Shown one piece after another: positions 49,791-62,236 of a stretch of 64,000 bases of DNA (positions within the stretch are counted from its first letter, which is position 1; each line of letters begins with the position of its first letter). The position numbers were made by a program, and so were the translations under genes. Location: assembly GCA_013265495.1 (NCBI GenBank), contig MU058221.1, positions 5,192,066-5,256,065 on the forward strand. Reading direction: 5' to 3'. Origin of the DNA: Vicugna vicugna. Lineage: Eukaryota. The notes below the pieces were generated by a model. It saw nothing but the letters and a program-made list of their open reading frames with translations. It did not search any database and was not told the origin of the DNA.

Positions 49791-52759
49791 ACCTCTTCCC
49801 AGCAAGGACACTCCTGCCTGACCTCCCCCGCCCCGGCCCCCCTCCCCATCTCCTGACTGATGTCATTTCCTGCTCCCTTTGCCCCCACCCCAACCCTACC
49901 TCCCACACACCTGGACTCCTGACTCCCTCCAACCAGGGGGCTCTTAAGCTTCACATCTGCCATGTCTCGGGGTTACGGAAGGGAAACTGAGGAAGGGCCA
50001 GGGCAGCCACAGTGATTCCCCCTCCCACATCTATCCCAGGCCTCTCAGCCCTCCTCTGCTCTTGAACAAGGCTCTTAAGAGCTTCCCGCCTGGCTCTTGG
50101 CCCAGAGCAAGCACTGGAGGGCAAACCTGGGACCTTCCAAGGCCGCCAGTCCCCACCTTCTCCTTGGCCTTTCCTCCAGAAGACTCCCCGGGTTCTATGA
50201 GAACATGGTTGGCATTAGCCAGAAGACTGTTTATATGAAAAAAAGAAAAAATCGAAATGCCCTGAGTATCGAGACAAGGGGCACAGCTGGTGGTTCAGGA
50301 GAAAGGAACTGTCCCCTGCAGCTGTCAGGTCAGGCTCCACTGTGCAGGGCACAGCCAAAGACAAGTTCATCACTGACCAGGCACCGACGCTACTGTGAGT
50401 GCAGGGAGTCAGGAACTGGCTCGCTGTCACCACCCTGGTGGCCAGTTTAGCTGATTCTCAGGGAGCCCTCTCCCGCAGAGGCTCATGGGCTGCTACTCCA
50501 GGGAGTGTCCAGCACCCCTGGCAGGGCAGGAGTCAGTGCCACTGGACTCAGGGTGGCCAAGTGACTCCCTCGAGGTCACACAGGGCTTCAGGAGATTTCT
50601 GTTGGCCTCAAGCCCTTGTTGGTATGACAAACACAGCTGTCACCTAGGGAGTGACCAACAGTGGGTGTAAATGTGTGCCGAGGACGGGACCCCGTGACTT
50701 GCATTCTGCTCGGGAAGGGGAACAGGAAGGATGTGCTTGTAGCTGAATAAGTGCGGGACCAAGGTGGGGTGCTGCGGGCAGTCAGGTGTGGGCACACTCA
50801 GGACTGACGGAACCCGGGCGGGTGTGGGGGCGGTCGCAGGCACCGCTCATTGTACCCAAGTGCTGGAACAGGCCCTTCTCACAGCCCATGCCTTCTCCTC
50901 GCTCACATCACAGCGCAGAGCAGGCTGGCCTTGGGAGGGGTTGCTCTGGTCCACGCTGCCACCCAGGGGCCCAGGCTCCTCCCCCTGCTTACTCCGCTGT
51001 CCCCCGGGGCGGGGGTCCTCCCGCCGATCCTCTGCATCTGGCCGGCAGGGCACAGAGAGAAAAAGTGGGAGATTGAGAGGGGCGTGCTGGGAGTCAGGCC
51101 TGGGAGCGACCTTCATATCTGCCTCCAGTTCTTGGGCCAGAACTCAGTCACATTGTCCCACTGAACCAGGGGAAGGTGGGACATGGGATGTTCCTGGGTG
51201 CCCAGGGGAAAGGAATACGGAGTTGGACATTTGGCACCTTGAAAGGTCTCCTGACAGCCTTTCTGAGCACAGTCTTTTATTATGTCTTACTTTCTTTCAA
51301 AAGAACGAATTTCCCTGGGAGAGCAGACGAGAGGGAGGGCACTGAAACTTAGAGTTTAGAAAGAACTTTCGCTCATTCATTCCTTTGACCAGATAACAGT
51401 GAGTGATGTGGGAGCTGGGACCACGGGGCTCACTGCCCTCGTGGACACCAGGATGTGTCCAGGGACTCCCAGAGACACTTGGGAGTGGAGGGGACTTTAT
51501 AAGGGCTGAGATTCTTGCCGTAGCTGGAAGGGAGGGACCCAGGAAATTCAAGTTATTATTCTGGCATTGATTCCATTTTTAAGCCCATATTGGAATAACC
51601 AGAAGAAGTAATGGATTTATTTATTTATTCATTCATTCCATTAAAAAATATGTAATTGGCAGTGTGCCAGGCACGATTCTAGGCACTAAAGACGCAGTGA
51701 GGAGCCAACCTGGTAATGTCCTTGCCTTCACGGAGTTTCCCTCCCCGTGGGCGCCGTTTAGGGTGGAAGATGTCCGCATCTCTTTCATTGAACCCTGGGC
51801 CTGGGGTGAGGGCGGGGATCCCGCCTAACTCCTGCCTGTGTTCACACAACAGTCCTGATGCGCTTTGTCCACAGTGGGTGCCCAAGCATCCTTCCCGGTC
51901 TGAGTGGTCCGGACGGGTGAGTCCTGCTCAGGATGTTAATGGCTTAACACGCGGGCCTCTCCCTACATGGCACTTTGGCGTTCCATCCAGAAATGAAACA
52001 CCTGAGGACAAAGGTGGAACTAAAGTTATAGGCTTTCTTAAAGCCAGCAAAAAAAGAAAAAAAAGTTTGACTTTGGGGACATTTCTGTTATCTGTGCTAA
52101 TTAATTTCTGGTTGCCAAAATACATGTGTCAGGCATTTTTATGTTACAAACAAGAGGGAGCTCGCTTCAGTGACTGCAGGAGACTGCAGTCAATGTTCCC
52201 TCCCAGCGTCCACTCCCTTCCTTCTGCCTCAGTGCCAAGCCTTTGGGGGGCCTGTCCCTCCCTCATTTCAGCCGTCTGCAGGGACATCCCTGCCTGTTGC
52301 CAACCAACCAGTGTGTCCCATTGACTTGGCGCAGTGATGGGCTGAGTGATGGGTACGCAGCCCAGTTTGAACCTCACTGCTGTGAGATGTTTGCCATGAC
52401 TTCAGGGAAGAAGGGCTTCTTCTGGCCACCAAGAGAGCTACTGGGGAGCCCCACTCCCTGCCTGGGCAGTGCACAGGACACCCCAGAAGGCAGCGGACAG
52501 GCAGAGAGAGACGTCAGATCCTGGTGACACGATCTGAGCCTCTGAATCCAGCTTTGCCTACAGCTACTTGCTCTATTTCTGGACTTCCCAATCACACGAA
52601 CCAAAAATTTCCTTTCTTGTATGAGTCAATTTGAGTCAAGTTCTCTCTTGTTTGTAACATAAAAATGCCTGACACGATGGCAGGGACTTCTTCGGTTGCT
52701 GCATCTGGGCAGGGTGGGCGCCGTAGCAGCGATGCCCTCCAGCAAAGCCCCGCTCAGCT

Positions 52760-52950
52760 TAGGAAGTTCTAGTTCTGGGTGGGAGGGTGGGGGCCGACAG
52801 GATGTGTGAGAGCGCTGAGGTACCACTCCTCCCCCCACTTCTCCACAGACTGGTGTTGGTGTTTGTGGTGAGCCCTGAGACATGGGGAGGTGGCCAGCAA
52901 GAGGAGGACCTGGCAAGGTCAAACTGCCGGGTTCCCAGACTCCATAAAAC
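52760..52950 (+). promoter_or_regulatory. GNLY proximal promoter
   Basis: CATAAAA TATA-like box at 52943-52949, about 40 bp before the ATG. RUNX TGTGGT at 52864, ETS-like AGGAAGT (52761) and CAGGATGT (~52798). Confidence 0.55.
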
Positions 52951-52984
52951 GGGGTGTTGAGGGGGCCTTGGCAGCTGCCCCACC

Positions 52985-55900
52985 ATGACCTCCTGGGTGC
53001 TCCTGGTCCTTGTCTCGGTGCTCCTGGGTGCCCCAGGTAAGGATGTGCCCCTCGGGCATGATGCTGACGGCTCCTGCTCCCAGCCCGGCTTTCTGGGGCC
53101 TGGTGCACCCCTAGCATGAACACCCTGGGCCCCCCAGGTCCCCCAGCCCCTCACCAGCCTGCTCACCATCCTCGTGGAGGCTGCGCTTTTCCCTCGGGGT
53201 CGCGTTCAGCCGAGCCTGTCAGTGACCTGGCCGAAGGGGAGGGATGGCCAGTGGGAAGGAAGCGAGTCCCGGCCTGGGTTCTGGTCCCAACTCTGCTGTC
53301 ACGCTGTGTGGCCTGGGCCCTGCCCTTCCCTTCCTGGGCCTCTGGCTCTTCATCTGTGTTGTGATGGTCACCCACCCTCGTTGGTGACTCTGATGTTTCT
53401 TCTGGCCCACACTGGCTGGGGTGATGACAGGGTTGTCAGCCAGTGGGGACCCCTCACTGTTCCAGACTCACTTCCTAGTCCCCACATGCCTCCTCTCTCC
53501 CAGGGTCTGCCTTCACTGTGAGCTCCAAGGGCTTAGATATGAGTAAGGACCCTTCTCGAAAGGAGAGAGGGCTGGGCTGGGCCATCTGACATGAGTCTTT
53601 ACGGAAGGAAAGAGAAAAAGGAAATCTCTTGAAAGAAGACGAGGGAAGCTTCCTTTTACACCAACCCCCCAAGTCTATGTGTGTGTGAGAGAGAGAACGG
53701 ACACAGAGAGACAGAGACAGAGAGAGCGAAACAGAGAGGGGGTGCAAGGGTGGTGTTTGGGAGATACTTTTGGACTCGAGAGGTTTATTTTCCCCTCTGA
53801 CAGTGGGTCAGAGCAGCCCTAGGGCAGAGTGGGGCAGGAGGCCTCCTGGACTCCTCCCAGGCCCCATCCCTGTCCCGGCCCCTGGTACCTCCTGGGCCGT
53901 CTGCCAGCCAGAAGAACTGACTGTCCCCTCCTTCCACCTGTGGAGAGATGCTGGTCTCATTTCTTCCCCAGGTCTGGCCTTTTCTGGTCTGATCCCTGAG
54001 GATTCTGATGGAGCAACAGCCCACCTGTGTGATGGAGAGCCCCTCTTCCAGGGCCTGGCCCCACAGGACCCCCAGGTACCTGGCTGGCTGCCTGCTCACC
54101 CGCCACAGTCGCTCACCTTCCTCTCCTCCCTGGGCAGCGCCGGGGTGTGGCGGGGGCTGGAGATCTCTGCTGGTCAGGGGGAGGGGAGGCAGGGCTGGGA
54201 GCTGGAGATGCTGGGGGGTTGAGTGGGGGCTACGTTAGTCTGGCTGGCCTTCCCCAAGGGCATCCTCAGTGGGCTGCTCAGAGAACAGAAGGGGACAGAT
54301 GATGGGCTGGGAAAGGGGGTGGGGGCGGTTCTGGGGTCTCTCAGCAGCCCCACTCCTAAACTAGCCGGAAGGTGGGCAGGGGCCAGAAAGCTCATAGATG
54401 ATCCTGCAGCCTTGAAAGCACCCCAGGTTGGGATGCCTGAGATACCACCTTGGGGGGCTTCCTTTCCTGACAGGGTGACCTGCAGCCCAGAGGAGAGGGG
54501 TTGGGCTTCATCTGTTACTCTTGTCAGATGATAATCCAGAAGGTGGAGGACCTGGTGGGAAAGCAGCCCACCCAGGTGAGGTTGAGGGCTTGTGGAGCCT
54601 CCTGCCCGCTGGCGGGTGGGGTGGGCAGAAGCCCGGGGGACCCAGCACACCGTCCCGGAGCAGGGGCCGTGCGGAGGGCTGACCTGCGGCTGGGCCCGAG
54701 CAGCTTGGAGGCCGGGAGTGGGGCCCGGCTCTGTCTCTCCCATCTCTGCTCCCGTGGCCCCAGGGCACCAACTCCTCGCACCCAGAACGCCCATCCCCAG
54801 ACCTGCCCGGGGCCCAGAGCTGCTGGGGCCTGTGGAGCAGGGAGCTGGGCAGGGCTCGCCTGACGCCCGTGTCCCTCTGTGGCGCTGCCACTCCAGGACA
54901 CCATCGCCCAGGCTGCGTCCCAGGCGTGCCAGAAGTTGAAACGGCTGCTGCGAGGCCTGTGCAAGAAGATCATGAAGCTCTTTCTTAACCGCATCTCCAA
55001 GGACATCATTGCTGGGAAGAAACCCCGAGAAATCTGTGTGGACCTCAAGAAATGCAAACCCAAGGCAGGTGGGTGCAGAGGTGACCGCAGGGACATTCCC
55101 TGACAGCCTCCCCGTGCGTGTGTGACAGGGTTTGAAAACATAAAAGTCGGAGAGAACTTCAGAAGCCGCTTACACGTGCCCCGCCAAGCTTCTTTGCAAT
55201 GACACATCACTCTTCACACTCCCAGCTTGGGAAAGTGTGGAGCAGCGGGGCAGGTGGGTTTTAGCTGGAAACGTTTAAGAAGAACTCCTATGAGCATGAG
55301 GCTTCTCCATTTCCAGGCAGTCCTGGGCTAAGATCAGGCCCCGGTTTCTCCTCCGCTGTGTGACCTTGGGCAAGTAACTTTAAAATGTATAGTTGGTTTA
55401 CAATGTTGTGTTAGTTTTGAGTGCAAGCAAAATGATTCAATTATATATATATACACATATATACACACATATATGTGTATATATATATATATATAATTAT
55501 AATATACACACACACACACATATATTCTTTTCCATTATAGGTTATCACCAGATACGTAATGTAGTTCCCTGTCCTTGTTGTTTATGTACTTTATATATAG
55601 TAGTGTGTACACGTTAATCCCAAACTCCCAATACATCCTTCCCCATCACCCTTTCCCCTTTGGTAACCATAGTTTGTTTTCTATGTCTGTGAGTCTATTT
55701 CTGGTTTGTAAATAAGTTCATTCATGTCATTTTTTTTAGAGGCCACATATAAGTGATACCATATGATATTTGTCTTTTTTTTGTCTGACTTACTTCACTT
55801 GGTATGATAATCTCTAGGTCCATCCATGTTGCTGCACATGGCATTACTTCATTCTTTTTATGGCTGAGTAATATTCCATAGTGTATATATACATTGCAGC

Positions 55901-56856
55901 TTCTTTCTTCATTCATCTGTCCATGGACATGCATGTTGCTTCCATGCCTTGGCTGTTGTAAATAATCCTGCTATGAACACTGGGGTGCATGTATCTTTTC
56001 AAGTTATAGTTTTATCCAGATATATGCTCAGAAGTGGGACCGCTGTATCATACAGTAATTCTAGTTTTTTTGTGGAACCTTCATAGTGTTCTCCACAGTG
56101 GCTGTGCCAATTTACATTGCCACCAGCAGTGTAGGAGCGCTCCCTTTTCTCCACACCCTCTCCAGCATTTATCACTTGTGGACTTTTTAATGGTGGCCAT
56201 TGTGACCGGTGTGACATTTGGGCAAATAAGTTCTCTGAGCTTCAATTCCCTCATCTGTGAAAGGGGATAATAATTCTTATTTCTGAGGTTAAAATGAGGA
56301 TTGAATGAGACCATCATATATAAAGAGGCTGACACCAAGGAAATGGCCTCAGACTGAAATATTCAAGAGACACCAGAGTCCTGATCACACTCCAATCCCC
56401 AGCCCCAGCACAGGTCCCTGGGGTTGGGAGCTGAGGCCACATCCTTCTCCGTGACACTAGGGGCCTTGGAGCCAGGCTGGGGAACCCTGCCGGGCAGAGA
56501 GGGCCCTGCTGGCCCCATCCTCTTGGGCTGCCCAGGCTGTGCCTGCGGCTGCAGGAGGAGGTGGGGCTGGAAGGGGCCCCGTGATGGGCTCTGGCAGTTC
56601 ATCCAGTCCTCACTGATGCTTTGGGACTTGATACTGGTAGATCTGGGATCACCCCTCAGTGTCAGGTCCCCACCATTTCCTGTCATTGGAGCCTGTGGCT
56701 TTTATCTTCAAAGCCTGCACAGGCTCCTGACTGGCTTCCAGGATGTGACTCTGGGTACGTACAGCAGGGACAGGTGGGTCTGAATCCCAGCTGGCCCAGG
56801 AGACCCCACCCACCTGCCCACAGCTGGCTCTTCTCTCCACACCAGGTCTCATCTGA
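52985..56856 (+). CDS. GNLY: Granulysin / NK-lysin antimicrobial saposin-like protein, 146 aa, 5 exons
   Basis: Exons 52985-53036, 53972-54075, 54474-54575, 54897-55068, 56846-56856; 441 nt. MTSWVLLVLVSVLLGAPGLAFSGLIPE...GFICYSCQMIIQKVEDLVGKQPTQDTIAQAASQACQKLKRLLRGLCKKIMKLFLNRISKDIIAGKKPREICVDLKKCKPKAGLI*. Kozak CACCATG; six-Cys SapB domain. Confidence 0.95.
53678..53738. repeat. (GT)n/(GA)-rich compound microsatellite in GNLY intron 1
   Basis: gtgtgtgtgagagagagaacggacacagagagacagagacagagagag. Confidence 0.8.
55381..56210 (-). mobile_element. L1 3' fragment (with TA/CA microsatellite) inserted into a MIR in GNLY intron 4
   Basis: Classic L1 3' motifs (tctctaggtccatccatgttgctgca, ttttatggctgagtaatattccat, cttttctccacaccctctccagcattt). 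MIR halves on both sides. Confidence 0.85.
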
Positions 56857-56997
56857 GCCTCCGGGTCCCCTGACCCCATCCTGGAGGAGAAGCACAGAAA
56901 CTCCAGCAACCTTAGCCGGCGCCTTCCTTCCTAAATCCAGAGTCTACCCTCAAGTTCCTCTTACCTAACTGCTTCCACCGCCTTCCCCTCTCCAGAG

Positions 56998-57003
56998 AAT
57001 AAA
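56998..57003 (+). terminator. GNLY polyA signal AATAAA
   Basis: AATAAA 142 nt after the stop, followed by a T/GT-rich downstream element. Confidence 0.8.
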
Positions 57004-58809
57004 GTGGCATGCACAATTTTTGCTGCAGCTTCTTTTCCTTTGGTGGGTTTGTGGGGAGGGGCATGCTCGGGTGATTCATGGATTCATTCAATAAATGCTT
57101 GCTGTCTGTCCACTCACAGTTCTAGATGCTAGGGAGTTAGTGGTTAACAAGACAGCCTTAGCAGCTCTCACACATACAGTCATGCAATTACTCTACCACG
57201 TGTCACTCCAAGAGGCTGGGGTACACCGTGAATACACCCCCGGAAACTCTCAGACCAGCCAGGGAGACCAGCAGGTTATGGTTAGAGTTCTTTTGGTCAT
57301 AAGGAACAGACACTTAGCCTGTTACTTTTCTCAGCAGGCAGCCTTCTTTTGCTGTTTTGGGGAGTGTATTGCTTAGGATACTTGGGTTGCAAGCAACAGA
57401 AGTCTTCGCTCACCCTGGCTTAAATAAAAAAGGTAATTTATTGGCTCAAATGAGTAACCAGTCCACAGATAGCTTGAGGCACAGAATGATCCATAAATCA
57501 GTGGTGTCCCCAGAGCTCCAGTCCAGTTTCCCTACCATTCTCTCAGTTCTTCCCACCTGTGTAGGCTGAACTTGACCTCAGCCTAGCTTCCTTCTTGGCA
57601 GCAGAAATGGCTGCATCAGGTCCCAACTGTATATCCTGACAGTGTGTCATCAGGAGAGAGGAAGAGAGTTCTTTGGCAGCCTCTTGGAAGAGAAGCTCCC
57701 TTGGAACAGGAAGGAATCTCCTTTCCCAGAAACCCCATCAGTTTTCCCCAGTTTTCATACTCGAATGGGTCAGATGCTCATCTTGAAACAATCACTGTGT
57801 CGAGGGGCCTGGGATACCCTGACTAGCATAAGGCAAGTCAAGGTACATCCCTGAGGCTGAGGTGGGGTCCATCCTAACCTAATCGCTTGGCCGAGAATGG
57901 GCAGGAAAATCTGGGAAGACATTGTGGCTGGAAGAGGGGAAAAGAGCTGCCGGCCATCACTAAGGAGCCATGGTGCATCAGTCGGGGTTCAATCAGAAAA
58001 GCAGTTGAAAGGGACTCCCAGTGGGGAAATCTGGGGCAATCTGAGTGTCAAAATAGACAAGGATGATAATAGACTATAACCCACTGAGTAAGTTAGAATC
58101 CATGAATTCATATAAATGATAAATTAATAAATGAGGGAAAATGGAAGGTGTTACCTTCGGCAGAATGCCACCTGATAAATGTAGACATGGTCACAAAGTC
58201 TGTCCCCACAAAACACCTGCTGATTGATGTTAATTACTACATTCCATTATTAGTCAACAATGAAGAAACGTGGCAGACGGGGCATGCCAGTTAACGTCAC
58301 TACTAATGGGACAAGTCAACGTCATGGGCCTCATGATGTCACGCCTGAGAGGGACACGTTTCTGTTGTTTCTGCCAAAAAGCATAAATCACGAGGAAATA
58401 GCAGACAAACCCAAACTGACACTTTACACAGGAGCTGGCCTGTGCCCTTCAAACACGTCCAGCTTAGATCAGCTTATCTCTTAAGTTTCCTCTGATCTGG
58501 AGCAGTTTTTCGATTTTGCTTGTCTTTTTCACTATTCATTTCTTTGAGTTATTTCCTTAGCAGTTGTTCTAAGGGTTACCCTGCACATCAAAACTCATCA
58601 GAAACAGCTTCAGACTTTATGGGCTTAACTCTGATGAGATTTAGAAATGCCCCTCCTATATCGCTCTGTTCTATTTTTACCCCTTTTGTGGTACTATTGT
58701 TACACATGTTACACGTATAAATGATACAGACCTCAAAATACATTATAGCAATGATTACTTTATATAATTTATGTCTTTCAAAGAATCTGAGAGGAGAAAA
58801 AGAGCACGT

Positions 58810-58835
58810 GTATATATATATATATATATATATAT
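58810..58835. repeat. (TA)n microsatellite
   Basis: About 12 perfect TA units. Confidence 0.9.
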
Positions 58836-59975
58836 TTGTAGCTTTTGGTATATTCATCTCCTCACATCATTTTTGGTATTCTCAGTCTGTTACTGCGGAT
58901 TTGAGTTACCATTGAGTCATTTCCTTAGTCACAGCTTTGTTTCCATCTTCCTCGTCAGTGTTATTGTCAAATACGTTACATTTCTATACATTATTAGCCT
59001 CCGAACACATTACTTCCATGCTGTGTTATACAATTTCTTTTAAGAGAATAAAGGAGGAAAAGGATGTGCATTTATACTACCTTATAATCACATAATTATC
59101 TTGACTTGTTCTTCATGTCCGTGGTCACTTGCTTTCAGTCTGAAGAGTACCCTTCAGTATTTCTTAACAAGGCAGGTGTGCTAGCAACAAATCTTCTCAG
59201 TTTTTGTTTATCTGGGAATGTCTTTATTTTGCCTTCATTGTTGAAAGAGGGTTTTCCTGGATCTAGGGTTTCTGGCTGACAGCTGTTTTCTTTGAGCACT
59301 TCGAATACATTATCCCGTTGCCGTCTGGTCTCTACTGTTTCTCAGGAGAAGTCAGCTGTGAATACCGTTGGGGTTCCCCTGTAAGTGATGAGTTGCTTTG
59401 CTGCTTTTAAGATCTCCATTTTTTTGGCTTTCAGCATTTTTACTATAATGTATCTATCTGTAGAGCTCTTTGTATTTATCTTAAGTTGAGCTTCCTGGAT
59501 GTGTGGATTGTTTTTCAATAAATTTTGGGAAGTCTTCAGCTATTTGACTTCAAAAAATTTTTTCGGCTATCCCCCTCTCTTCTTCTGGTACTTGTATTAT
59601 GTACATGGTAGCGCATTTTTGGTGTTCCACCATTCTCTAAAGCTTTGTTTATTTTTCTTTATTCTATTTTCTCTTTGTTCTGTGGATTGCATAAGCTTTG
59701 TTGACCTCTCTTCAAAATTTGCTAATTCTTTCCTCCGCTAATTCAAATTTACTGCTGAGGCTCTAGTGAATTTTTCATTTCACTTACTGTCTTTTTCAAC
59801 TCCAGAATCTCTATTTTGAGTCTTTTTTTTTTTAAAATAATTCTCTGCATTAATATTGCTATTTGATGAGACATTGTCATCACACTTTCCTTTTTTTCTT
59901 CAATCACGGTTTTCTTTAGTTTTTGAACATCTTTATAATGGCTACTTTGAAGTGTTTTTAAAATCTGATATCTAG

Positions 59976-60100
59976 TGGGGAGTATAGTTCAGTGGTCCTG
60001 GGTTCGATCCCCAGTACTTCCGTTAAATAAATAAATAAATAAAAATAAGCCTAATTGCTTTCCCGCCAAAATAAAAAATTAAAAATTTTAATAAAAAAAA
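59976..60100 (+). mobile_element. Camelid tRNA-derived SINE with an internal deletion
   Basis: ggggagtatagttcagtggt joined directly to cctgggttcgatccccagtac, followed by the same bipartite tail as the other copies. Confidence 0.75.
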
Positions 60101-61076
60101 ATTGGTATCTGGTTGCTTTCCACCAGCTGTTTGTGTTTTCTGGGTGCCCCCCCAACCCCAACCCTGGTATGGGTCATTCTTCCCTATTTGTTTGTGTCTT
60201 GTAATTTTTTTTGTTGGAAACTGGGTATCTTAGATGATAACTTGTAGCAAGTCTGGCTCCTTCCTCCCCTCTCCTTCCCAGGCAAACTATGGTTATTTGC
60301 TTGTTTTCTTGTTTAGTGACTGGCTGGAATATTTTAGTGAAGTCACACCACCCCCCATAGTGTGAAGCCCCAGATGTTGCACCTAGGGGTGGGGTGGGGT
60401 GGGGTGGGGTGCAGGCTTGAGCATGCCCACAGCTCAAGTGATGACAATGGTTTTGGCACGCTCTCTTTGACCGTCTCTTTCTCTAACAACACGCAATTGT
60501 GAATCTCCACAAATTCCAGGCTGATTGCTCTATAGTCTTCAGCAATGCCCCAGGGGATAAATTGCTTTACAGTGAAGTCCAAATCAAAACTTTTTAGGAA
60601 TGGTACCTGTGGTCAGTGTTTGAGATTTGTTCTGGCCCAGGGAGATCTCTTCAAAGCTGTCTTTTTCTCTGTTTTCTCTCCTGCAAATTAGCCAGCTTAC
60701 AGTTTAGCCGTATGTCTCCAATGACTTGATCAACGTCTTTCACCACAACTTCTACTGTTTTTGAGAGCACGGTGAAGCTTCAGTCTCTCCACACTCTGCT
60801 GCAAATGAAGTCAGTTCTTTAGGGAGGAGTCTGGAACTCTCTGCTTAGGGTCTGCTTCTCCCTAGTGGGGGAAATCTCTGAGCCAAGGCTCTGTTGCTGG
60901 GGGTGGGGACAAAGATGGGCTTCTCTCCGAGTGACACCCCCACTCTGGGAGCTGAGTGCTCGGTGGAGGGGGGAGTGTATCAGCCCCAGGTTCCTTGTCC
61001 GGCCTCTTCTGGTAGCAATTCCCTGCCCATGAACTGGGGCAAAAGGAAATTGTGGTCTCAGTATTTTCAGTCATGT

Positions 61077-61620
61077 CACCAAACTCTGGTTTGGCTGCTT
61101 GCCACTCAAAAGCCAATGATCCGAGAGGCAAGTGTAGAAAGAAAAGATGCTTTAATCAGAATGCCAGCAACCTGGGCAGATGGTGGACTCAGTGTCCCCC
61201 AAAACCAACTCTGAAGATTCTGCTTAGCCATGGAAGTTTTTAAAGGGAAAAGGGTAAGCAATCTCAGTTAATCATTGAGATAGGAGGTCAGAGTCACTGC
61301 CGTGCTCCACTGCACACAGTCTTGTGATCGTTTCTTTAGATGCTACTTTGTTCAGTTTGTTCATGAGAATATGGAAGCGGAGCCAGGAAAGGGCTGCTCA
61401 CCTGTTAACTACTTACTCTCCATTTCTGCTTCTTTGGTCTTGGAAAGAACCAACAGGTTAGGCAAGGTATTGTGTGATCAAAAGATCTGCAAGGTGAGCT
61501 AGGGCTGGAGATGAGTGGAGCATGGGGGTGCCTGGTTTCAGGTTAGTGACAAGACAAAAGGGGCCTCCTGCAGAGAGCTCTCTCCTGTAAAGAGCTCTTT
61601 CCTGCCAAAAGCTGCTTACA
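61077..61620 (-). mobile_element. Solo LTR (ERV1-like)
   Basis: TGT...ACA termini (tgtcacc / gcttaca), approximate 4-bp TSD gtca/gcca, minus-strand ATTAAA at ~61151. Confidence 0.55.
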
Positions 61621-62236
61621 GCCAGGCCACACTCAGAGCCTCAGTGTCACCAGCGGGGGCTGAGCAGGAAAAGCTCTCACCTCTTAGCTGCCTTTGACTG
61701 GGACTTTGTCTCAGCAATGGGTAGCTGGGGGCAAGATGAGAAACGCTTATGTCTGTCCCTCCTGGGAAGACAGGCTTCTGCCCTGTGTTCTTGTCTGGAC
61801 CAGCCTGGAGTGGCATTTCCATCTCCCTGAGCTGGAAGGGGCAGGGAGACGGGTCTTAGCTCAAGTCCCACAGACCTGTGTAGCTCTCACTGAGTTTTAG
61901 TAGATTTTCTTGAATAACTGTTTTTTCATTTGCAACATGCACTTACGTCAATTTCCAGAGAATTTAAAGTGTTTTGAAAAATAATTTTCACCAGTTTCTC
62001 TGGGGAATGGGTCCGTGGAGAACCTCATGGTGCTAGGCCAGAAGCAGAACTCACTTCAGTGTTTTCGTTAGACAAGTGTAATCGCAGATAAGTAAGACAA
62101 GACAGGTCACATAGCGTCACTGGGTGCCTGGTGTCTACTTGCTTGTTTGGTGGCCCGATGCCTCGGCAAGGTCAAGAAGACAGTGATGTGGGGTAACTGT
62201 CTTTGCAATTCTGAACGCTTCCCACATATTGATTCT

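Larger units (their letters stand above)
58520..61070 (-). repeat. Old L1 fragments (L1M class)
   Basis: T-rich, with L1M motifs (tttgtttatctgggaatgtctttattttgccttca, gagaagtcagctg, aattttgggaagt, agtgaatttttcatttca). Confidence 0.65.

Noticed and set aside
53490..53525. Acceptor-like tctcccag|ggtctgcc resembling the GNLY exon 2 start
   Set aside because: No coherent exon or duplicated coding sequence follows; cannot be supported without transcript data.
60386..60410. (GGGGT)5 G-quadruplex motif
   Set aside because: A simple repeat inside old L1 sequence, away from any promoter.
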